A DNA stretch of 64,000 bases from an uncultured Desulfarculus sp. (GCA_963665125.2 CAXXUK010000001.1:224001-288000); one strand, 5' to 3'; positions 36,601-46,648 are shown, counted from the stretch's first letter. Notes: generated from the sequence alone by a model not told the origin. Made by a program: numbers and translations.

Positions 36601-37483
36601 ATTCACTTTCCAGCAATTCCGTTTCGGCCCTTTTCCTTTTGGTGATGTCAACAACGTTACCCATGTTGGCCAAGGCGCCGGCCAGGGTTATGGTCGTGGC
36701 TAAAATTTCCACCCAGGCGGACCCGCCGTCACGGCGGAGCACGCGGTATTCGTAGCGTGAAGGTATGCCCTTTATTCCCCGTTGCCGGGCGAGGCCCCGG
36801 CCTTTGACCATTTGCCGGTCGTCGGGATGGACATGCCGCCAGAAATCGCTTCCGATTATTTCTTCGACCCTGGAGCCCAGGATTTCGGCAAAACGAGGGT
36901 TGACATAGAGAAACTTGTCGCCCTGAATAATGTACGCGCCGGTGAGTGAATGGTCGGCGATGAGACGGTAGCGCTCTTCGCTTTCCTCGAGAGCGGCTTG
37001 GGCCCTCCTTTGTTCGGTCAGGTCCAAAAACTGTGAAACATTGAAGCGCCTTCCGGATTTGTCAATAAAAACAGTGGCGCTGATCTCGACGTTAAACGTT
37101 CGTCCGTCTTTATGCTGTAAATCAAACTGATAGCGGGAGGGTACGTCCTCGCCCCTCATACGGCGGTGGTAGCGGTCCGTTATCAGTTCCTTGGCTTCTT
37201 GGGCCATGATAAGGGTAGGCGGGCTGCCTACAATCTCTTCATAGGTGTATCCGGTCATCTGGCAGATATGGCTGTTGGCGTAAACGATTTTAAAGTCATC
37301 GTTTATGATGATGATGCCGTCGTGGGAATACTCGACCACCGAGCGAAAACGCTCTTCATCCTCCGAAGCCGACACTTCCGCCTGATGTCCATTGCGCGCC
37401 TGGGCTTCAAGGTGGGCAAGCCTGCCGCGCAGGGCTGACAGCTCTTCTATCAGTTGGGCTTTGGTTTTGGATGTATCCAACAT
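33626..37483 (-). CDS. Cytoplasmic multi-PAS histidine kinase (HisKA_2 type)
   Basis: About 8 PAS units (SEERYR…DIT repeats), H-box LREIHHRVKNN, INELVTN, SLGLRL. Confidence 0.92.
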   Translation of the reverse strand: MLDTSKTKAQLIEELSALRGRLAHLEAQARNGHQAEVSASEDEERFRSVVEYSHDGIIIINDDFKIVYANSHICQMTGYTYEEIVGSPPTLIMAQEAKELITDRYHRRMRGEDVPSRYQFDLQHKDGRTFNVEISATVFIDKSGRRFNVSQFLDLTEQRRAQAALEESEERYRLIADHSLTGAYIIQGDKFLYVNPRFAEILGSRVEEIIGSDFWRHVHPDDRQMVKGRGLARQRGIKGIPSRYEYRVLRRDGGSAWVEILATTITLAGALANMGNVVDITKRKRAETELLESEYRFRCLQEASFGGIAIHEDGFILDANQALTDLTGFSENELVGMDGLKIIAPRWRDEVRAKIRSAYGQTYEAEGLRKDGTVYPLEIRGKTMPYRGRIARVTEFRDITERVMAEKALQKSEQRFATALEASPQCMAISTKSKGRLLETNEAFSVVSGYSRDQVIGRTSLEVGLWQDPVERSRLIKQLDLHGRIRGEEMLWSLNNGRILNMLWSADQIEWSGQECLINSFTNITELKKTQESLRVSEERYRSAMEASYEPMVVYDFEGRAQYINPAFTRVFGWTADEVIGKKIDFVPDEEKEITFKEIAAAIYDGYKSNFETRRRTKDGRILDVGISAARFKGVDGAVKGMVVNLRDITQQKKQEREIKLSEARFKHMVELAGDWFWEMDSALRFSEISPKFFNMTGIGKEEIIGKTSWDFITPQKRLCDPALWQAHTDNLKAHRPFYQFEYGLVTPSQKPFHMSISGVPLFDQQGKFTGYRGSGSEITDRVQANKALRKAHDDLEKKVKARTAELAESRRNFMQAFHESPAWMCITDMGTGRFIEVNDAYSHGLGRTREELIGKTTLEAAIWPNQEARKKWLSMVQPGVDSGSPGTIEAELQHKDGSTRMVTGSVGVMQWDDSQAFLSTAIDVTERMKAQAALRESEQRYRTVLDNTGTAIAIVDENTFITFANREFEHLSGYSSDEYLGRIKWTQFVHDDDVDRMQEFARRRRTDDDDVPNQYEFRMVTRSGEIRNILLVTEMLPGTNSNVCSLMDVTELKSAQEELRKHRDRLEDIVADRTHELRTALAEKEVLLREIHHRVKNNMAVVSSLLNLQANKVNDLHVQMALQESQNRVRTMALIHETLYRSDSLAEVDLQSYIDGLVASLTGIFETQPGRIGFHVDAGGVKLEVNKAVPCGLIINELVTNTLKYAFPQNSLGDVHIVARRLDEDAIELVLSDTGVGFPTELDIHKEKSLGLRLIGLMVEQLHGQWKIENCGGARTIIRWPLNG

Positions 37484-37785
37484 TGTATTCGCTGCAATAA
37501 ATGGTCTGTCGATTGATAGGATTTATAATAGCATAAAGGTATTCATGGATTGGGCATATATGAGGGTCTATCTGCTAGCCAAGTTAGTTGCCCCTCGCCA
37601 AAGGCGATAGCTTTTTGCCTGGCGCTGTTCCATCACTTTCTTACGCAAACCTTTCTTTGCATGGCCTTTGCGGGATATAATAAATCGAAGGCCCGCTGGC
37701 GGATGACAGCTCTCGGCTGGGGGCCTTCATTCGCCGCTTCGTCGGCCAGCGGCATGCTCTGACCGCTTTCCGGACGTGACGGCTA

Positions 37786-39273
37786 TTGTCAGGGCAAGGG
37801 AGTGGAGTCTTGTCTCCCTGCTGGGGTCGCATTATTGGTTACGTCTGTTTGAGCTTCGCTCTGGGCCTGGCAATACCGCCGCTTTTCCAGGCGGACCGTC
37901 GTAGTGAAACCGTGACCCACCCGGTGGTGTTCCTCACCGCCGTGGCCTTGAATAGCAAGGCCTTGGCTCCCGCCTGCAAAGCCGAGCCCCTCGCCATTTC
38001 CGACGCGTATTTGGACCAGGCCCCCCTGGTGAAAGCGGCCGTTGCGCGCCTGTTGAAGCAAGGCCCCCAGGAGGGCGGGGTGCAGATCTTCTCACGGCAG
38101 CCAGCGGCCTTGGCCGAGCGCCTGGGCCAAGGCCAGGCCGGCTCCTTTTGTTTTGCTTATGGCGGCCAACTATATCTGCTGCGCCCACACATCGTCCAAG
38201 GCGACAACCGCGCCGCAGTCTGGGTGGCCGGAGTGCAAACTCCTCGCCCCGACTTGGCCAAGGCCCTTGGCCGGGAGGACCTGGCCGACTATCCAGCCCT
38301 TGCCGGACGCCTGGCCGAACTGGATGAATTGTCAGAGAAGGCCATTGAACGCTATCAGCGCGCACAGCGCCAAAAAGGGCAAGCCGCCAGGCCCACAAAA
38401 GAGGCGGTTTCCGACCACGAGCGCGCCGCCCAGGCCTGGCGCCAGATCGAGGAAAGCGCCCGGGCAAATCACGAATGGATAAACGATCTGCGCGACCAGA
38501 GCCGGTTCAGTCCCTATTACCGCCGGTCGCGGCTGGACATGCCGCCGGAGCGCTGGCACTCCCTGATGAAAAGCCTGGGCAATTCCGATAATTGGCAGGC
38601 CTTTACCTACGGCGGTTATCTGTTCATCGGCCAGGTCGAGCAACTGACCGAGACCGTTGAGGTGCTAATCGGGGGCGCATTCTGGGGACGGGTGATAGCC
38701 GCAGGCCTGCTGTTCATTTTGGGACTCTGGGTCATGCGCAGGGCCTATCTGGTGGGGCCGGGTATACGCCTGAACCCCCAGTGGGCGGCGGTGTTCGCCG
38801 ACACCGTATTTATATTGGCCGCTGCTTTCGGAGCCTATTGCATCGTTGATTTGGCCATGGCCGATCTGTTGGGGGCGCTGGCCCAGATGGATGAGGCCGT
38901 GCAAGCGGTGTGCGCCTTGATGTATCTGCCGTCCCTGGTGTTCATGGCCGTGTTCGCCGCCAGGCTGGCTTGCCAGACCCTGGAGATCACGCCCGCCGCT
39001 GTCATTCGCCACGGCCCCGGCGGCCGCCGCATGCTGCCCTGGGAGAGCGTCCAAGGCTTTGAATTGCAGGACACCCACGTGCTGGTGGGCCGGGTGGGTA
39101 TATTGATACCGCGCAAGCTGCAAACCATGCTGGTGATCAAGGCCGAGGAAGGCGACGTCGCCGTGGTGGAACCGGGTCTGCGAGCCATAAAAGAAAAGGT
39201 GGTCGGCGAACTGGGCAAAATGGTGCCGCCCCGGCTGCAAAACGACATCCAACGTCTGTCTAGGGATTGGTAG
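37786..39273 (+). CDS. Hypothetical membrane protein
   Basis: Long ORF with host-like codon usage; N-terminal TM, soluble region, 3 TM, PH-like tail (LPWESV); start uncertain. Confidence 0.65.
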   Translation: MSGQGSGVLSPCWGRIIGYVCLSFALGLAIPPLFQADRRSETVTHPVVFLTAVALNSKALAPACKAEPLAISDAYLDQAPLVKAAVARLLKQGPQEGGVQIFSRQPAALAERLGQGQAGSFCFAYGGQLYLLRPHIVQGDNRAAVWVAGVQTPRPDLAKALGREDLADYPALAGRLAELDELSEKAIERYQRAQRQKGQAARPTKEAVSDHERAAQAWRQIEESARANHEWINDLRDQSRFSPYYRRSRLDMPPERWHSLMKSLGNSDNWQAFTYGGYLFIGQVEQLTETVEVLIGGAFWGRVIAAGLLFILGLWVMRRAYLVGPGIRLNPQWAAVFADTVFILAAAFGAYCIVDLAMADLLGALAQMDEAVQAVCALMYLPSLVFMAVFAARLACQTLEITPAAVIRHGPGGRRMLPWESVQGFELQDTHVLVGRVGILIPRKLQTMLVIKAEEGDVAVVEPGLRAIKEKVVGELGKMVPPRLQNDIQRLSRDW

Positions 39274-39340
39274 CGTCAGGTTAAAGCTCCGTTCAACCTG
39301 CACTACGCCGCGGTGTTATATGGCCTCAATAATTAATGAT

Positions 39341-41335
39341 TTATTGAGTGTTTTCCTTGACCAATGAGTCCAAATTCAATTGGGCGAGTTTGGCTTGGGT
39401 GGGTGTCCCGTCCTCCATGTCCCAGCCCCGGCGTTCCAAAAAATCACCTTGCAGGGTTTTTACGTCCACGGTGATTTTCCGCATGGGTCCCTTTGTCAGC
39501 GGTGGTGTACCCTCCGCCCGCAAGGGAAGCCGGAAGTCCTTGAGCGGCTTTATGCCGTGCTTGGCGTTGAAGGCCTGACGCAGGTTCTGGATGCGTTCAC
39601 CCACCACCAGGTAGTGCTCCGGCTCGTGGTCCCAGCCGGTGACAGCGTTGGTATAGGCGGGCAGATTGAGCCTGCCGTCCATCTGTACGCCGAACAGGCA
39701 GCCGCCCACCCCGTTTACAAACTGCATGTAGTTGCTGGCGACAAACATATGCAGGGCCCTGTCCTGCTCCAGCTTGTATTTTGACTTCACCATGGAAAAC
39801 ACGGGAAGCTTTGGCAAATCCTTGAATAACCGGTTCAGGGCGAACATCTCGATCCACTGATAGGACATGTTGGTGTGCCTGCCTGGGGTGGGCTCCAGGA
39901 CGTAGCTGATCACAAAGCCTGGATCAAAGCGGCTGTCGTGCATCGGCATTTCCTGCCCCCCGGCATGCATGGCTAAAGAATGGCCCTTACCCAGCCTGGC
40001 TACCGCCCGTTTACTACCGTCAGCCAGAATATCGCCAATGCCGTCACGCCGAATCATTTTGTCAATCATCTTCATGACTGCCTCGGAATCCCCCCAGGCC
40101 ATATCGATTCCGTCCAATTCGGCTTTTCCCAAGATTCCCTGTTCATAGCAATCCATGACCCAGGCAATGGTGGCTCCGGCACTGATGGTGTCCATTCCCG
40201 CCCGGTTGAGCAGATCGTTTATCTTGAAGATAGCGTATAGGTCTCTGTTCAACATCAGCGGTCCAAAGGCGCACACGGATTCATATTCCGGCTTGTGTGT
40301 CTCGCCAAGCGGGTAAGGGCCTTCCTTTATCTCGACAATGCCCCCGCACCCCAAAGGGCATGAGAAGCAATGGTATTTTTTCACCTGACAGTCGACTATG
40401 CGCTGCGGGTTGAGTTGGTCGGCGTGGGTGGCGATGGGGAAATCTCCCACGCCGCTGCCTTTCCAGTTTTTCACCGGGGAGTCGCCGTTTTCCGAGGAAA
40501 GTACGTTGGTGACCACGGTGCCGTATTTGCCCAGGGCCAGTTTGGTCAGGTCGCCGGACTGGGCCATGGCCACGGGCGAGACGCGCATGACCCGGCCGAG
40601 GGCGTTGAGCATTCCGGCACTGAGGTATTTCTGGGCGGCTCTGCCCTTGTCGAACCAGGCGGTGAATTCCTTGTTCAAGGCGCTGACCCTTTCCCGGTCG
40701 GCCACCTTGATTTTTTGCTTACCGCCCACCACCACGGCTTTGAGTTTTTTGGCGCCCATGACCGCGCCCAGGCCCGAACGGGCGGCGATGCGGCCCTTGT
40801 CGGTGACGATCCCGGAAATCAGCGACAGCCTTTCCCCGGCCGGGCCGATCAGGGCGACTTGGCACTTGGCCCCGGCTTCGGCCTTGATGCGGTCATCAGC
40901 ATCCACGCAGTCGAGCCCCCAAAGGTGGCCGGCGTCCACCAATTTGGCGGCCCCGTCCATCACTTTCAGATAGACCGGGGTGCGGGACACGCCGCGGACA
41001 AAGATGCCGTCAAAGCCGCTCCGTTTGAGGGCATGGGAGAACTTGCCGCCGGCATTGGATTCGCCCCAGCCTCCGGTCAGGGGAGATTTGGCGGCCGCTA
41101 TCCAACGGCCGGTGAAAAACGCGCCGCTGCCGGTCAGCAGGCCCGATACCAGCGCCAATGTATTGTCCGCGCCCAAGGGGTCGGCTCCGGCCGGGATGCG
41201 TTCATAAAGCAGGCGGACGGCCAGACCGGCACCTGAGGTAAAACCATCGTACAGTGCCTCGGCAATGATCTCTTCCCGGATAATACCGGAATCAAGATCC
41301 ACGTTGAGTATCTTGCCCATGTAGCCATTGCCCAT
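39341..41335 (-). CDS. aor: Aldehyde:ferredoxin oxidoreductase family (W/Mo-bisPT)
   Basis: KSPLTGG.GESNAGG, IGPAGE, ARSGLGAVMGAKKLKA, CFSCPLGC, PEYES, GMDTIS. Confidence 0.92.
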   Translation of the reverse strand: MGNGYMGKILNVDLDSGIIREEIIAEALYDGFTSGAGLAVRLLYERIPAGADPLGADNTLALVSGLLTGSGAFFTGRWIAAAKSPLTGGWGESNAGGKFSHALKRSGFDGIFVRGVSRTPVYLKVMDGAAKLVDAGHLWGLDCVDADDRIKAEAGAKCQVALIGPAGERLSLISGIVTDKGRIAARSGLGAVMGAKKLKAVVVGGKQKIKVADRERVSALNKEFTAWFDKGRAAQKYLSAGMLNALGRVMRVSPVAMAQSGDLTKLALGKYGTVVTNVLSSENGDSPVKNWKGSGVGDFPIATHADQLNPQRIVDCQVKKYHCFSCPLGCGGIVEIKEGPYPLGETHKPEYESVCAFGPLMLNRDLYAIFKINDLLNRAGMDTISAGATIAWVMDCYEQGILGKAELDGIDMAWGDSEAVMKMIDKMIRRDGIGDILADGSKRAVARLGKGHSLAMHAGGQEMPMHDSRFDPGFVISYVLEPTPGRHTNMSYQWIEMFALNRLFKDLPKLPVFSMVKSKYKLEQDRALHMFVASNYMQFVNGVGGCLFGVQMDGRLNLPAYTNAVTGWDHEPEHYLVVGERIQNLRQAFNAKHGIKPLKDFRLPLRAEGTPPLTKGPMRKITVDVKTLQGDFLERRGWDMEDGTPTQAKLAQLNLDSLVKENTQ

Positions 41336-41394
41336 GATTCGTCCTTCCCGTTGGATGCAGACCTGTTTTCCGGCGCGGCGCGGTTTGTCGGTGT

Positions 41395-42918
41395 TTAGGC
41401 GCCCGCGCCGTATTCCTTGCGCAAAGCCTTTTTCAAGACCTTGCCCGAAGGCGTCCGGGGCAGTTCATCGGTGAAAACAACCTTCTTGGGTATCTTGTAG
41501 GGCGCCAATTTGCCCTTGCAGGCCTCCAGAATCTGATCGCCGCTTATCGACGCCTCGGCATCCCTGATGACAACGGCCAAGCCGGTTTCGCCCCAGATCT
41601 TGTGCGGGACGCCGATAACCGCCGCGTCCACCACTCCAGGCAGGGCAGTCAGGACGTTTTCCACTTCAGCCGGGTAGACGTTTTCACCCCCGCTGATGTA
41701 CATGTCCTTTTTACGGTCCTTTATGTAGAGGTAGCCGTCCCGGTCCAGATAACCCATGTCGCCGGTGTGAATCCAGCCGTCGACAATGGCCGCCTCGGTG
41801 GCCTCGGGGTTGCGCCAGTACTCGGTGAAAACAACAGGGCCCTTGGCCAGGATCTCGCCGGACTCGCCCCAGGGCAGGTCCTCGCCATGATCATCGACCA
41901 CCCTGACCGACATGTGGAACATGGGTTTGCCGCAAGATCCCGCTTTGGCCAGGCAGTCTTCCGCGCGTAGCGTGGTGACCACGGCCGCTTCGGTCATGCC
42001 GTAGCCCTGGGAAAACCTGACGCCCTTGGCCTGAAAGGTTTTGATCAGCGCCTCGGAGCACGGCGACCCGCCGGCCACGCAGAAGTCCAGGCTGGACAGG
42101 TCCGCGTCGGGGAAGTTGGGGGCGTAGCTCATGAACAAATACATCACCGGGATGCCCAGCATGCTGTTGACCTTGTGGTCTTCGATCAAGCGAAGGATGC
42201 CCACCGGGTCGAACAACCGCTGGATAACCAGTTGGGCGCCTACATAAAGATTGGGCACCGCCGAGCAAAGCAATCCACCCACATGGAAAAACGGGGCGCA
42301 ACACGCCGTGACATGGGATTTGTCGCAGCGGTAGGTGCCCAGGTAGTGGATTGCGTTCCAAAGGGTGTTGCCGTGGGAGATGACAGCCCCCTTGGGTTTG
42401 CCCGTGGTGCCCGAAGTATAAATGATCAGGTGTGGATCGTCCGAACCGACCTCATAGGGCACCACCGGCTCGGCATCGGAGTGGCCGGCGATCCAGGCCT
42501 CATGCTCCATGTCGCCGTCAATGCCTCCGGCGAGTTCGCAGATCGTTTGTTTGACGCCTGTGATCTTTTTGCGCATCGCTCCCAGCAATGAGGCGAACTC
42601 CGGTGAATAGACCAGCATATCCGGTTCGCTGTCTTGGAGGATGCCCACCAGTTCGGTTGCCGAGAGCCTGAAATTGAGGGGCACCAGGATGCCGCCCAGC
42701 TTTGACAGGGCGAAAAACAATTCCAGCAGGACGTGTCCGTTGGCCATCAGGGCCGCCAGCCGGTCTCCCTTTTTCAGACCAGCGTGCTGCAGGGCGTGGC
42801 ACAGACGGTTCACGCGCTGGTTGAACTCCAGTTTGCTCAACGTTGCGCCGCCCTCGGTGATGCACGGCTCATTGGGATGCAGATAGGCCCACTGGGTTGT
42901 CCATTCACCTACGTTCAT
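41395..42918 (-). CDS. Acyl-CoA synthetase (FadD/MenE-like)
   Basis: YTSGTTGKPKG, GYGMTE, HTGDMG, ISGGENVYPAEVE, PRTPSGK. Confidence 0.93.
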   Translation of the reverse strand: MNVGEWTTQWAYLHPNEPCITEGGATLSKLEFNQRVNRLCHALQHAGLKKGDRLAALMANGHVLLELFFALSKLGGILVPLNFRLSATELVGILQDSEPDMLVYSPEFASLLGAMRKKITGVKQTICELAGGIDGDMEHEAWIAGHSDAEPVVPYEVGSDDPHLIIYTSGTTGKPKGAVISHGNTLWNAIHYLGTYRCDKSHVTACCAPFFHVGGLLCSAVPNLYVGAQLVIQRLFDPVGILRLIEDHKVNSMLGIPVMYLFMSYAPNFPDADLSSLDFCVAGGSPCSEALIKTFQAKGVRFSQGYGMTEAAVVTTLRAEDCLAKAGSCGKPMFHMSVRVVDDHGEDLPWGESGEILAKGPVVFTEYWRNPEATEAAIVDGWIHTGDMGYLDRDGYLYIKDRKKDMYISGGENVYPAEVENVLTALPGVVDAAVIGVPHKIWGETGLAVVIRDAEASISGDQILEACKGKLAPYKIPKKVVFTDELPRTPSGKVLKKALRKEYGAGA

Positions 42919-42957
42919 ATTGCTCCTCCTTGGTTTACCTTTCCCTTTCGTGACCGG

Positions 42958-43953
42958 CTAAAAAGGCGTTTCGAGTTCACCCAAGGCCATGCGTGCGATG
43001 TCGCTGATAAAAATCAGGGGCAGGTTTTTCTTTTTGGCGTCGGGGGTCAGTTGCTCGATGCACATGGGGCATAGGCAGACCATGGCCTTGGCTCCGTGGG
43101 ACAAGGCGTCGTCGAGGTTCTTCTGCCTGTTGATGGATGGATCGCCGATATTCAGCATAAAGGCCGCCCCACCGCAGCACATGCCGTTTTCACGGTCATA
43201 GTGCCGATGGACACGGTTGACGCCGATCAACTCGAAAAACCTGTCGATGAACGGTTCTTTTTCGGGGGTCAGCTTGGAAGCGCAGGGGCGCTGGTAGGCC
43301 ACATCAATATTGAGCGGGGTTACCTTGTCCTGGTTGTCCTCCAAGTATTCAACGAGATACTGCGCCAGGTGCACCGGCTTAAACGGCACCTTCACGCCGA
43401 ATTCCGGGGCCTCGCGGGCGAGCATGGTGTAGCAGTCGTCGTGAAAACACACTATTTCCTCGGCTCCTGTGTCGGCCAGACGGTCCACGAAATCCTGGGC
43501 GTGTTTTTTCTGCACGCTCTGGGCACCGGCATGGCCAAGCATCACCCAGCAGAAATACGGCTTGCCGCCCACCTTTGGTATGTCGTAGAGCTGGCCCTGC
43601 ATCAGGTGGGCGTGGGTGCGGTTGAAGATGCACCCTGACATGATCCGCCGTTTCCGCGGCGTCTGGTCCAGTTCGCCGTTGAAGGTGAACTGCCGTTCCA
43701 GGGCGTCAACCCTGTCCTGGGGAAGCAGGGTCCGGTATTTGTCCTGAAGTTCGGCGATCCTGTCGTAGGGGTTGGCCTGCTGGGGGCACCGCTCGTTACA
43801 GGAATAGCAGGTCACGCATTTGTACAAAACATCGGAGTTCTTGCCGTCGATGATCTCGTTGATCCACAAAAGGGCTGTATCGTCGTCGGCGCCGACCCAA
43901 TGGCACCCTGTAAAACACTCACCGCAAAGTATGCAGTTTTCTTCGATAAACAT
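42958..43953 (-). CDS. CCG-domain Fe-S protein (HdrD/GlpC-like)
   Basis: CILCGECFTGC, CVTCYSCNERC, YQRPC…MCCG…CLCPMC. Confidence 0.85.
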   Translation of the reverse strand: MFIEENCILCGECFTGCHWVGADDDTALLWINEIIDGKNSDVLYKCVTCYSCNERCPQQANPYDRIAELQDKYRTLLPQDRVDALERQFTFNGELDQTPRKRRIMSGCIFNRTHAHLMQGQLYDIPKVGGKPYFCWVMLGHAGAQSVQKKHAQDFVDRLADTGAEEIVCFHDDCYTMLAREAPEFGVKVPFKPVHLAQYLVEYLEDNQDKVTPLNIDVAYQRPCASKLTPEKEPFIDRFFELIGVNRVHRHYDRENGMCCGGAAFMLNIGDPSINRQKNLDDALSHGAKAMVCLCPMCIEQLTPDAKKKNLPLIFISDIARMALGELETPF

Positions 43954-43983
43954 GTTTTTCTCCTTTGCTCCGTGTCCTCGCGC

Positions 43984-44760
43984 CTAGGACATGAGGTGGT
44001 CCAATACCTCGCGGTATCCTTCGGGGTGAACGGAGTCGTACTGCATGTGGCTGGGGAAGGGATACCTGACGATTCCAGCCTTATTGACAAACTCAAGGCC
44101 CATGATCACCCGTTCGATTTTGCTGGCCGGTATGGACAACAGACACTCGTGATCCTGGGCATTGTTGTAGCGCTCGCCAATGCCGACGAGGCCGAATTGG
44201 GGTTGATCGGTCAGCATGGTCTTGGCGATGCTGGTGGTGCAGCCCGCTCCAACAGACAAGGTGGCATCCATGGAGAATTGCTGGCCCATCAAGACATAGC
44301 CGGAGACCAACGACCATATTTGGGCGGGGTTGCCGTAGACCAGAATCACGTGAGGCTCGAACTGGGCCCTCTCCAGGGTAGCCGTCACGACGCGGTCGTA
44401 GGTGCCGTACTCGAGCTTGGCGAAACTGTTTACAAAGGTCTCGTCTGCCTCCTTGCTCAGGCCCCATATGCCTAATTCAGCTTGTCTCGTGCCGTCGGCC
44501 ACATCCGGCTTGAGCGGCGCGAAGCCAAGGCCCAGGGCCGCGACCCAGCAGGTCTGCCTGGGGCCAACGGACATGGTCCAGCCGTATTTGCGGGCCAGGC
44601 TGATTGCATGACAAACCGATATGTCTTCGTCGAAATTCTTTCCCGGAACCTTTGTCTTGTCTTGTAGAGGCTCGCCCGGTTTGAGCATTCGGACTGCCAC
44701 GGGATGGGTCTGCGGCCGCATATATTTGGTCAGTTTGGCGTATACAACATTAAGATCCAT
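43984..44760 (-). CDS. DUF169-family protein
   Basis: PVAVRM, VCHAISLARKYG, CWVAALGLG, PL/TLE…EP.VILVYGNPAQ, GIGER. Confidence 0.8.
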   Translation of the reverse strand: MDLNVVYAKLTKYMRPQTHPVAVRMLKPGEPLQDKTKVPGKNFDEDISVCHAISLARKYGWTMSVGPRQTCWVAALGLGFAPLKPDVADGTRQAELGIWGLSKEADETFVNSFAKLEYGTYDRVVTATLERAQFEPHVILVYGNPAQIWSLVSGYVLMGQQFSMDATLSVGAGCTTSIAKTMLTDQPQFGLVGIGERYNNAQDHECLLSIPASKIERVIMGLEFVNKAGIVRYPFPSHMQYDSVHPEGYREVLDHLMS

Positions 44761-46143
44761 TTAAACCCTCTCTTTTGAAACCACTTTTTGGAGCGGCTTG
44801 ATTAGTTCTTGTTTAAGATTTTTGGTTACGTTTTTTCGGAATTTTTCCGAATGGGCCAACTGAATTAAAACGGTATTTTTCAGCCGTGTCTTATAGTCGC
44901 TATGCGGGAATTTAAAATCGTCGAGCCTGCTGAAACGGTGCCGCCAATCCGCGACAAACGGAAAGCGGAATCTGCCCCAAAACACCTCGCGCAAGACGAG
45001 GTTTGAGCCATAACCCAGATAGGTCATCGGGCGGCAATATTCATCCATGGCGTAGCGGATCATCCTGTCGGCCATGTTACCGATTTGTTTGTCAATGGAA
45101 ACGGAGTCGCGGCATTCGTCGGTAATGAATCCGCAGGTATTCGCGTTGGTTAGCTCGAGAATAACCTCGAGGACTTCCCGGATATTTGGCGTCTGGCTTA
45201 GCGGGCCGGAAACGAGATAGGCGACCTGGACATTGTTCAACCATGGGACATGGCCATTGCAGAACGAGCGGTCGAGAAATATTTTCCATTTGGACGACAA
45301 AAAGCGGTCTTTTACCGTGCCGGCCCAGATCATGACATCGGCCTTGAGCACCTTGTCTTGCATGAAATCTATGAAGCCGTCATTGTAAATACAGGCGTGA
45401 TCATACCAGCACTTTATGCAGCCCAGGCAGGAGCCCTTTGTTTCCACGTCGCGCAGGTTTATGATTTCTATTTCTTCGGCAAAACAAGCGGCGAACCGGT
45501 TGATCATGTTTTTTAAATTGTGGTCATGGTCTTCATGGTCGGTAATTATCAGAACTCGTTTGTCCTTGGTGCTGATCTTCGATTCCGCCGCGCCGGGCTG
45601 ATAATTGAATTCTTGCCGGAAAACTGGTGGATACCCCCTTGGAAACAATGATTTTCGCTCGATGTCGGCGAACAGGTTCCTGGCAAAGATCAGAGTCTTC
45701 TTTTGGCCCTGTTCGTTCTCCAGGTCATACATTGACGGCGTGAATTGCCCCATTAGCAACATGCCGAGGTCTTCGCATATGGCCTGCATGTAGTAACAGG
45801 CGGCATGGTCCATATACTTGATTGAAGTGGTGATTATCGCGGCTGGTTTGTCCTTGAATGCGGCTTCGGCGTTACGTTCCCATATCAGCTCGATAAATCT
45901 CTTGTAGTGGCCGGGCACGAGCATATAGTAGACGGGAAACGCCCAGATAACGGCATCACTGTTGCGCACCTTGTCGATGATGCTATCGAATATTTCGGTC
46001 TTGTTCTCGATCTTTTTAATCGGCTGCGAAATATTCTCTATGGTCAGGTCGTGTTGGGGAAAATTGTTTGCAATATAATGAATATATTGCATTGTCGCGC
46101 TGGTCATGCCTTTGGGGCTACCATTCAAAACCAGTATTTTCAT
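44761..46143 (-). CDS. Tandem flavodoxin-fold NAD(P)H-dependent oxidoreductase
   Basis: LNGSPKG…FPVY; second domain CLGCIKC….C (iron-sulfur flavoprotein-like), FLDRSF. Confidence 0.8.
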   Translation of the reverse strand: MKILVLNGSPKGMTSATMQYIHYIANNFPQHDLTIENISQPIKKIENKTEIFDSIIDKVRNSDAVIWAFPVYYMLVPGHYKRFIELIWERNAEAAFKDKPAAIITTSIKYMDHAACYYMQAICEDLGMLLMGQFTPSMYDLENEQGQKKTLIFARNLFADIERKSLFPRGYPPVFRQEFNYQPGAAESKISTKDKRVLIITDHEDHDHNLKNMINRFAACFAEEIEIINLRDVETKGSCLGCIKCWYDHACIYNDGFIDFMQDKVLKADVMIWAGTVKDRFLSSKWKIFLDRSFCNGHVPWLNNVQVAYLVSGPLSQTPNIREVLEVILELTNANTCGFITDECRDSVSIDKQIGNMADRMIRYAMDEYCRPMTYLGYGSNLVLREVFWGRFRFPFVADWRHRFSRLDDFKFPHSDYKTRLKNTVLIQLAHSEKFRKNVTKNLKQELIKPLQKVVSKERV

Positions 46144-46177
46144 CTGCCTCTTCCCTGGTTAAATACGCCGGGGCGTA

Positions 46178-46603
46178 TCATTTGGAATTTGTGGTTTTGT
46201 CTTTGGAGAAAACCAACTTAAAGGGAATTGCGATCAGGTCGCCGATTACATAGCTGAGCATGGTCAGGGCAAAAAGAATTTCCATGACCGACAGCCCTTC
46301 GGAGATCCATATGGGCGCCACGACACAGCTAAGCCAGATGACTTTGTAGGACAGCTGGAATAATAAAAGCGGTAAGAACTTGAGGGGATTGCGCAGTCCG
46401 AAGCTGGCCAGGATGGCAAACGTCAGCCACATGCTGCCGGTTATGCCCAACAGGTATTGATCTTGCGGCAGCCACCCATACATGCTGAGATAAAATTCGG
46501 GCGCGAATATTACAGTGACACCCGTAAAGCCGGGTAAAACGATCGTATAGACATACATGAACTTGAGCCAGTTCCAGCGGATCTTATAGTCTGTATTCAT
46601 CAT
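46178..46603 (-). CDS. Hypothetical 4-TM membrane protein
   Basis: Hydrophobic, GLRNPLKFLPLLLFQLSYK.IWL; GGAGA RBS; first gene after a sigma54 promoter. Confidence 0.75.
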   Translation of the reverse strand: MMNTDYKIRWNWLKFMYVYTIVLPGFTGVTVIFAPEFYLSMYGWLPQDQYLLGITGSMWLTFAILASFGLRNPLKFLPLLLFQLSYKVIWLSCVVAPIWISEGLSVMEILFALTMLSYVIGDLIAIPFKLVFSKDKTTNSK

Positions 46604-46648
46604 TTTTCTCCCAGCGGTTATGGTTGCGGAGTGTGGTGAAAATCATTT

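Noticed and set aside
37560..37630. Possible c-di-GMP-I riboswitch upstream of the PAS kinase
   Set aside because: Only a short TCGCC-AAA-GGCGA hairpin; the GEMM consensus elements are not in the correct order
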